Virus record (IMG/VR): IMGVR_UViG_3300025154_000056
Span: 32,001 to 96,000 of that record
Origin: a virus
Taxonomy: Duplodnaviria; Caudoviricetes
Direction: 5' to 3' (one strand)
DNA length: 64,000 nt
The notes beneath the pieces were generated by a model, which did no database searches, was not told the origin of the DNA, and saw only the letters and a program-made list of their open reading frames with translations. Both the position numbers and the translations under genes were made by a program. This document shows, piece by piece, positions 58,497 through 64,000 of the stretch. Position 1 is the first letter of the stretch. The number at the start of each line of letters is the position of its first letter.

Positions 58497-59266
58497 TGGA
58501 CCCCAGTCCCATGGTCAAGCTGGCGCAACAGGACCCGTTCGTCGCCACCATACAGGGCGAAGGGGATTACGTCGGCGAGCCCGCTGTGTTCATACGTCTG
58601 TTCGGCTGCACCACCATGTGCTCGTGGTGTGACACCAAGTACGCATGGCAAGAAGGCCACGGCTACTTTGAGTTGATGCCTGATGACATAGTCAAGACTG
58701 TCAATAGAGATTTCCCCAATATACGTCACATCGTGCTGACTGGTGGTAATCCGTACGTACAAGGCGAGAAGATGCCACGTATGGCGTTCATGCTTAGCCA
58801 GCCATCTCATCCCAATAGCAGGCTGCGACGCCACGTTAGTATCGAAACAGAAGGCAGCATTTATTACGACAAGCTTTCTCACAGCGTGTCGTCGATTACC
58901 TTGTCCCCCAAACTTTGGTGCTGGCCCGATAAAGTCATCGCCATGTTCTATGCCCACCACTACCAGAAGATCACTACCAAGATCGTGGTGGGCTCCAAGG
59001 ACGACGTGTCGGAGGCCATCGACAAGCTACTTGAAATCCACACCCTGTATTCTGTCGGAGACACTGGCGGTATGAATTACATCCTGCAGCCTAAGGCTGT
59101 AGTTCCCAGTGAGTTCTCTACTCAAGAGAGCACGGCTGTGTACATAGAGCAGGTGTCCATGCAAGTGGTGGACTGGGTCTTGGACTACATCAGCATGCTC
59201 GACAAGCCACTGCCTTTTAGACTTCGAGTAATTCCACAAGTGCATCGACTCTTGGGGCTCCCATGA
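58496..59266 (+). CDS. queE: 7-carboxy-7-deazaguanine synthase (radical SAM)
   Basis: TIQGEG...G.PAVFIRL.GCTTMCSWCDT, LTGGNP, IETEG, LSPK, LQP, PQVH. Confidence 0.95.
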   Translation: MDPSPMVKLAQQDPFVATIQGEGDYVGEPAVFIRLFGCTTMCSWCDTKYAWQEGHGYFELMPDDIVKTVNRDFPNIRHIVLTGGNPYVQGEKMPRMAFMLSQPSHPNSRLRRHVSIETEGSIYYDKLSHSVSSITLSPKLWCWPDKVIAMFYAHHYQKITTKIVVGSKDDVSEAIDKLLEIHTLYSVGDTGGMNYILQPKAVVPSEFSTQESTAVYIEQVSMQVVDWVLDYISMLDKPLPFRLRVIPQVHRLLGLP

Positions 59267-59532
59267 GCTACAATACCGGGTCAGATGTCATTATCCAGGT
59301 GGTCAATAAGTCCACTGGAGAAGTGGAAGAGACCTTCGACGTCAATGCGGCTGTTCTGGTTACTGTAGAAGATGACACGGTAGACCAGTCGTACACTGTC
59401 GAAGTGCACTCCTTCGGTCTAGAAGAGGAGGAAGTATGTGTGATTCTGGAGACTGCGCTGGACGCTGCGGGGATCGAGGACCAGGAGGATGTGGACAGTG
59501 CTCCTGCGGAGAAGGAAAAATTCATCTGCTGA
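59263..59532 (+). CDS. Small acidic hypothetical protein
   Basis: ATGA coupling to queE; D/E/V-rich. Confidence 0.55.
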   Translation: MSYNTGSDVIIQVVNKSTGEVEETFDVNAAVLVTVEDDTVDQSYTVEVHSFGLEEEEVCVILETALDAAGIEDQEDVDSAPAEKEKFIC

Positions 59533-60092
59533 AGGACTCGTACATCAATATCGTGGCTAGTATTGTTCCTGGGGACGAGCTAACTGATCCTGAATTGGAT
59601 CTGCAGCACACCCCGGATAGAGCAGCTAAAGCCATGGTCGAGCTGCTTGGAACCTACTCAATAGGTGCTCTACAGGATCTAGATGCACAATGGAAGCAGT
59701 TTGATTCTAGGTGGGTACGGGAGGGCACACCAGTAGTTCAGAATGGAATTAGGTTCTATTCTATGTGTGCTCACCATATGCTACCGTTCTTTGGGTATTT
59801 CGATGTCCAGTATGTGGTTGGACCGGGGCGGCAGATCGCAGGGCTAAGCAAGCTGGCTCGTACCATCAACTACTTCAGCGCGATGCTCCAGACCCAAGAG
59901 CGGCTGACTACTATGGTGCATGACTACCTAGCCTCGAAGCTCAGCCCCACAAGGCTCCAGGTCCATACAATCGCCCGCCACCTGTGCATGGAGATGCGAG
60001 GGGTGCACAACGACGCTTGTACCGAGGTCATGATCGCGTCAGGCGACGGCACAGATCTGGACATGTTTCAGACGACTCTCGACAGACCTTGA
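59436..60092 (+). CDS. folE: GTP cyclohydrolase I
   Basis: TPDR, SMCAHHMLPF.G, GLSKLAR, QERLT, HLCMEMRGV; GAGGAGG before ATG 59436. Confidence 0.93.
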   Translation: MCDSGDCAGRCGDRGPGGCGQCSCGEGKIHLLKDSYINIVASIVPGDELTDPELDLQHTPDRAAKAMVELLGTYSIGALQDLDAQWKQFDSRWVREGTPVVQNGIRFYSMCAHHMLPFFGYFDVQYVVGPGRQIAGLSKLARTINYFSAMLQTQERLTTMVHDYLASKLSPTRLQVHTIARHLCMEMRGVHNDACTEVMIASGDGTDLDMFQTTLDRP

Positions 60093-60117
60093 CGACGTCG
60101 AATAGACGACGTAGATT
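60089..60117 (+). promoter_or_regulatory. Sigma70-like promoter
   Basis: TTGACG-17-TAGATT. Confidence 0.55.
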
Positions 60118-60134
60118 TAGCGACGGAGGTGAAC

Positions 60135-60554
60135 ATGAAACGGAGTCGGATGAATGCGAGAAGCAACCCGAACCGCACCAACCCCGACTTCTGGTGGGTG
60201 GAAGTCGATGGCAAAAAGACTTGGACAGGGCCCGTGTCGAACGCAGAGTGGGCTGCCAAGTTCAGTAAGGTGCAGGGTTACAAACAAGCACCACAATATA
60301 ACCTGTGCTGGGCCTCGAACGAGATGCGGCATCAGGACGTGTGCGCCGCGAAGCTCTACGAAGAGTGCGACCGGTGCAATGTCAACAGGTTGTATAAGTA
60401 CAGATTGCCAGTGAAATCGGAGCTGGTGTTCAGATTCAACGCACTCGTTGAAATAATAGCTCTGGAGACACGGCGGAAGGGTGCTAAATTGCGGAGTCCA
60501 ATATTCCGCTTGACACTGAAAAACATCGGACGTAAATTGGCTGGACCAAAGTGA
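60135..60554 (+). CDS. Hypothetical protein
   Basis: GGAGGT RBS before ATG 60135. Confidence 0.6.
   Translation: MKRSRMNARSNPNRTNPDFWWVEVDGKKTWTGPVSNAEWAAKFSKVQGYKQAPQYNLCWASNEMRHQDVCAAKLYEECDRCNVNRLYKYRLPVKSELVFRFNALVEIIALETRRKGAKLRSPIFRLTLKNIGRKLAGPK
60510..60538 (+). promoter_or_regulatory. Sigma70-like promoter for the H1-like operon
   Basis: TTGACA-17-TAAATT. Confidence 0.65.
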
Positions 60555-60590
60555 ACGGACATTTTCCCCCGTCACAAGGAGACGTATATC

Positions 60591-61100
60591 ATGGCAGTGA
60601 AGAAGACAGCGAAGAAGAGCACGAAGAAGACGGCCACCAAGAAGACCACCAAGAAGGCAGCGCCCAAGACGGAGAAGAAGGCGACCAAGAAGGTGGCTGA
60701 GCCCAAGAAGGCGACCAAGAAGGCAGCAGCGGAGCCCAAGAAGGCCACGAAGAAGGCGACCAAGAAGATCACCCCGAAGAAGCCCGCTGAGGTCACCAAG
60801 AAGGCAGCAACGAAGAAGGAACCCAAGGAGAAGGCTGCCCGCAAGGGGCGCCCGAGTGCCATGCTGGCGTGGTCCGACGTCAGCGACAAGGCAAAGAAGC
60901 TGATCACCAAGGTGGAAGGCTTCGAGGAGCAGATCGAGCAGCTCAAGAAGGACATCTCTGACACGCTGACGAACCTCATGGATACAATGGACGCTGCTTC
61001 TTTTGACCATCCGAAGCGCGGTCCGCTGTCTATCATGGTGCGGGGGGATCTGACTTACTGGCGTGCGAAGCCGGTTGGCCGTGCTGGGGGTAAGAAGTAA
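60591..61100 (+). CDS. Histone H1-like protein (KKAT/KKAA repeats) with small C-terminal folded domain
   Basis: AAGGAG RBS; about 85 aa of K/A/T/P/E repeats, then coiled coil and short beta segment. Confidence 0.8.
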   Translation: MAVKKTAKKSTKKTATKKTTKKAAPKTEKKATKKVAEPKKATKKAAAEPKKATKKATKKITPKKPAEVTKKAATKKEPKEKAARKGRPSAMLAWSDVSDKAKKLITKVEGFEEQIEQLKKDISDTLTNLMDTMDAASFDHPKRGPLSIMVRGDLTYWRAKPVGRAGGKK

Positions 61101-61113
61101 GGGGGCTTGGTGG

Positions 61114-61383
61114 ATGATCTTCCGGCTCAAGATCACAAAGAGGCTTCCGGGTCACTGGGTAAAAGCCTCTAGCACTTGCCGGTTCGAAAGTATCGCCACC
61201 AAGTTTGAGAGGGGGAAAGTCGCATCTCTTTTGTATGAGCATGTTGTACAGATAAGAGAGCGGCGACGCGGTGGTATCTGGGTTCGACTAATTGAACCTA
61301 CTAGTTCGTGGGACAGAGAGTTACTTGATGTCAGCTTTGAAGATGCTGGTATCACAATAGAAAGGGATGAAGCACATGGCTAA
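61114..61383 (+). CDS. Hypothetical protein starting MIFRLKI
   Basis: Fills gap; overlaps start of next gene. Confidence 0.55.
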   Translation: MIFRLKITKRLPGHWVKASSTCRFESIATKFERGKVASLLYEHVVQIRERRRGGIWVRLIEPTSSWDRELLDVSFEDAGITIERDEAHG

Positions 61384-62401
61384 CAACAACGGTAAATACG
61401 AAGACATGCCTCTCTCCGAGCTTCGCAAGCTGGCGAAGAGCCTGAAGGTCAATCCTTCTGGAAAGGGTCGCAACATGCTCATTCGAGCAATTCAGAAGGC
61501 TCAATTGGCGAAGGAAGGGAAGTCGACGGCGGCAGACCCCGGTGCGTCGAAGCGCGCAGCTACCAAGAAGCCCGCAGCGACGAAGGCTACTGCCACCAAG
61601 AAGCCCGCTGCCAAGGCAAAGAAGGAAGAGCCCGAAGAGGAAGAGGACGACCTTGCCACCCTCGTGAAGAAGCTGACGAAGGAGGTCGCCAAGCTCGGCA
61701 AGCGGCTGGATGCGCTGGAGGAGGCAGAGCCTGAGACCGAAGAGGAAGAGGAGGAGCCCGAGGAGGAGGACGCAGAGGAAGCCGCCGAGGACGAAGAGGA
61801 AGAGGAAGAAGAGACCGAGGAGGAGGAAGAAGAAGAGACTGAGGACGAAGAAGAGGAGGAGGAGGAGTCCGAGGAAGAGGCTGAGGAAGAGGAGTCCGAG
61901 GAGGAGGAAGAGGACGAGCCCGAAGAGGAGGAGGAAGAAGAGACGGTTGATATCAGCCTCGCTGAGATTGAATCCGCGAAGCTCGACCGGCTCACCGAAG
62001 TCGCGAACTTGATCAACACCAATGGTGGCAAGATCAAGCTGACAAAGAAGACTGAGGTATTGCGTCAGTCGATCGTCAACTTCCTGCAGGAGAATGCGGA
62101 GAAGGTGGTCGAGGATGCCCCCGCGTCGAAGGAAACTCCCGCTGACAACAGCGGAGAGGTGTACGAGGTGGGCGACAAGGTGGAGGTGATGTTCCTGGAC
62201 GAAGACGAGGCAGAGGTCTGGGAAGAAGGCACCGTGGTGAAGATCAAGAAGAACGTCGTGGTCGTCGACATCGGTGACGGGGAAGTCGCCGACGCTCCGT
62301 TCGACTCGGTTCGTCGCCCGGCGAAGAAGAAGGCTACCAAGAAGCCCGCAGCGAAGCCTGCGGCTACGAAGAAGGCCACGAAGAAGACCACCAAGAAGTG
62401 A
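61376..62401 (+). CDS. Multidomain acidic/basic protein: Rho-N/HeH-like, KKPAA repeats, coiled coil, Glu tract, Tudor/SH3-like barrel
   Basis: MPLSELRKLAKSL.V...G.....LI.AI; long E tract; YEVGDKVEV...W.EGTVVKI....VVV...DG......SVRRP. Confidence 0.75.
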   Translation: MANNNGKYEDMPLSELRKLAKSLKVNPSGKGRNMLIRAIQKAQLAKEGKSTAADPGASKRAATKKPAATKATATKKPAAKAKKEEPEEEEDDLATLVKKLTKEVAKLGKRLDALEEAEPETEEEEEEPEEEDAEEAAEDEEEEEEETEEEEEEETEDEEEEEEESEEEAEEEESEEEEEDEPEEEEEEETVDISLAEIESAKLDRLTEVANLINTNGGKIKLTKKTEVLRQSIVNFLQENAEKVVEDAPASKETPADNSGEVYEVGDKVEVMFLDEDEAEVWEEGTVVKIKKNVVVVDIGDGEVADAPFDSVRRPAKKKATKKPAAKPAATKKATKKTTKK

Positions 62402-62421
62402 ACTACGCGTGACTCTGACCT

Positions 62422-62463
62422 AAGCGCTGCGTCCCTCAACAGGGGCCAGCGCTTTCGTCTTTT
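62422..62463 (+). terminator. Probable intrinsic terminator
   Basis: AAGCGCTG..CCC-loop-GGG..CAGCGCTT followed by TCGTCTTTT. Confidence 0.6.
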
Positions 62464-62477
62464 GGAGGGAGTTGAGA

Positions 62478-62888
62478 ATGGAGATGACAGTAATGACGAA
62501 GTACCGTATTGATGAGTTCGCAGGGTTCAGGTTCGTACTTTGCCTACGGCAAGGAGGAATACTTGTACAGCATGGTCTGGTTGGTATGAACTGCACGAAG
62601 GGGATAGTAAGCCTCACCAAGGGAGTGAGTCTACGTGACAGTCACTGGAGTCTGTATAATGATTTACAGCTCAATGACACAATGTTTATTGTGCTGTACG
62701 ACAACCAAAACGTACCAAGAACTAGGTTCGAATTTAGGTATGCTGAGGCGTACGCTTGTGGCTTGCAGTGCGATGCCATGAGCGCGGCACCAGCCTTGTT
62801 TGTAGTTGAGCTTCGTGGGGCAAAGCTCATAGATCAAAGAGTGTTGACTGAAGAGGAAACGGAGCAACTGAAGGAGGTTGGGGAATGA
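62478..62888 (+). CDS. Hypothetical protein
   Basis: GGAGGGAG RBS. Confidence 0.55.
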   Translation: MEMTVMTKYRIDEFAGFRFVLCLRQGGILVQHGLVGMNCTKGIVSLTKGVSLRDSHWSLYNDLQLNDTMFIVLYDNQNVPRTRFEFRYAEAYACGLQCDAMSAAPALFVVELRGAKLIDQRVLTEEETEQLKEVGE

Positions 62889-63124
62889 AAGCAGCAGCAC
62901 ATACGACACACGAAGTGACGTTGACCTACAAGATAGTAGCCAACGGTAGGTACTGCTCACGTAAATGCAAGCACTTGAATAGTTATAGTGAGTGTGGGCT
63001 ATTCAGGCACAATGACAAGTGGTCGTCGGCTCGAAGCCTTAGGCAATTAGGTGGCAGCAGCATTCGCTGCACACGGTGCCTCTCTGCCACCCTAACTGCT
63101 GCGGACAAGGCGGTGGCAAAATGA
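62885..63124 (+). CDS. Small Cys-rich hypothetical protein
   Basis: CSRKC..L...CGLF...RCTRC; AAGGAGG RBS. Confidence 0.55.
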   Translation: MKAAAHTTHEVTLTYKIVANGRYCSRKCKHLNSYSECGLFRHNDKWSSARSLRQLGGSSIRCTRCLSATLTAADKAVAK

Positions 63125-63744
63125 AAGCAGAGTTGGCTAGGCCACATGCCCGTGGCATCGACACAGTGCAGGTACTCAGCACCAGTAACTGTCAGTGGCT
63201 CGTGCAGAACCATTATGACTTCGTGATTAGGTACCTGTACGGTCGGTACGCCGTATCCGATCACGAGATTGACTGCATCCTGAATGCTGGTCTGGCGTTG
63301 ATGCTATGCACACCGTCTAGGTCCCCAGGATGGAGGGCCGATGGGCTAGGTAACTCCGACGGTTTTCAAGCAGTCGCGTCATTGACGTCACTGACTGTTC
63401 CGAAGAGCGTCACCACATGGATTGATCTAGAGGGCTGCATAAGCCCAGCTGTTACCACCAGTGATTGGATTGATACATTCAGCCTAGCGATCCGCAATGC
63501 AGGCCACGAGGCTGGTCTGTACGTTGGTGCAAATCCTGGTGGCCTCGATTCTGAGACGTTGTGGAAACGACCGCATGTCACACGCTATTGGCGCTCTGGG
63601 TCTCGCGTGCCTGAGCCAGCTAACAGAGGTTGGTGTATGCAGCAGCTGCGGCCCCTCGACGTCAAGCTCGGCCCGATACACGTGGACCACGACGTAATTG
63701 AGACTGACTTCAAAGGCGGTCTACCGACCTGGATAGTGAAATGA
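63121..63744 (+). CDS. DUF1906/GH25-like glycoside hydrolase (putative peptidoglycan hydrolase)
   Basis: GIDT, FVIRYL, E.......GL, WIDLEG, AGLYVG, YW, Q, VDHD. Confidence 0.75.
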   Translation: MKAELARPHARGIDTVQVLSTSNCQWLVQNHYDFVIRYLYGRYAVSDHEIDCILNAGLALMLCTPSRSPGWRADGLGNSDGFQAVASLTSLTVPKSVTTWIDLEGCISPAVTTSDWIDTFSLAIRNAGHEAGLYVGANPGGLDSETLWKRPHVTRYWRSGSRVPEPANRGWCMQQLRPLDVKLGPIHVDHDVIETDFKGGLPTWIVK

Positions 63745-63745
63745 C

Positions 63746-63817
63746 ATGAAGATTCGTCTGGTACTGAATCCGTATGTAGGCAATGTGGTGAATAAGAAAG
63801 TCTGGAGCCACATATGA
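63746..63817 (+). CDS. 23-aa micropeptide MKIRLVLNPYVGNVVNKKVWSHI
   Basis: Manual translation; starts 1 nt after upstream stop and ends in an ATGA overlap with the next gene. Confidence 0.45.
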   Translation: MKIRLVLNPYVGNVVNKKVWSHI

Positions 63818-64000
63818 CTACCGTGTTTTTGGCTGGAGGGGAGATCGAAAAGCTCTCGTTGACACTATTTGAGTGTGGCGTAAAGAACATCTTGTATTCG
63901 TACTACTACCTGTACCTGTGGAACAAGAGTGCGTTCGTAGCCCGAATGATCCGAGAAAACCCAGGTGTTAGGTTCTTCCTAGACAGCGGAGCATTCACTC
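63814..64000 (+). CDS. TGT/DpdA-like transglycosylase, N-terminal fragment (runs off window)
   Basis: Manual translation MTTVFLAGG...ILYSYYY...RFFLDSGAFT; DSGAF is the TGT-family catalytic Asp motif; GGAG RBS. Confidence 0.7.
   Translation, partial: MTTVFLAGGEIEKLSLTLFECGVKNILYSYYYLYLWNKSAFVARMIRENPGVRFFLDSGAFT

Noticed and set aside
60591-60850. AAGAAGGCGACCAAG repeats as a CRISPR array or DNA repeat element
   Set aside because: In-frame, degenerate coding repeats without unique spacers.
60572-61036. Hydrophobic 'membrane protein' on minus strand
   Set aside because: Reverse complement of the Lys/Ala/Thr repeats of the H1-like gene.
61501-62037. Poly-Ser minus-strand ORFs (also 44420-44719)
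   Set aside because: Reverse complement of GAR/GAY tracts coding the acidic regions.
1-64000. Stop-codon reassignment, DGR, tRNAs, integrase
   Set aside because: Genes end normally in TAA, TAG and TGA with tight coupling; no reverse transcriptase, template/variable repeat pair, cloverleaf or recombinase motif recognised by eye.

Overview
The window is a 64-kb, single-strand-coded (+) segment of a large tailed dsDNA phage with a contractile tail. No integrase, tRNA or CRISPR array is visible, and no terminase is in view. About 1-36.7 kb is the virion module: portal, scaffold, major capsid protein, neck, sheath, tube, a -1 frameshifted chaperone, tape measure, baseplate, fibre, lipoprotein and holin. 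About 36.9-57 kb is DNA replication/recombination: SF2 helicase, DnaC-like loader, DnaB, primase, gp32-like SSB, PolA, ligase, RecA, Cas4-like nuclease, resolvases, two DNA methyltransferases, an HNH endonuclease and a SpoVS homologue. About 58-64 kb carries 7-deazaguanine synthesis (queD, queE, folE), a histone-H1-like/acidic-Tudor operon, a DUF1906-like hydrolase and the truncated start of a TGT/DpdA-like gene. The most unusual signals are: (i) a shared short N-terminal M-[KRI]-hydrophobic-R-L peptide on many unrelated DNA-metabolism proteins but not on virion proteins, also present as a stand-alone 23-aa ORF; (ii) a promoter-to-terminator operon of charge-blocked, chromatin-like proteins that could be its docking partner; (iii) an HNH gene inserted at the catalytic DPPW motif of a methyltransferase, with a recoded duplicate of the methyltransferase start; (iv) a paralogue of the sheath's accessory domain fused to a Cys-rich hydrophobic protein after the spike gene. 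All calls come from motif recognition by eye; no database search was run.
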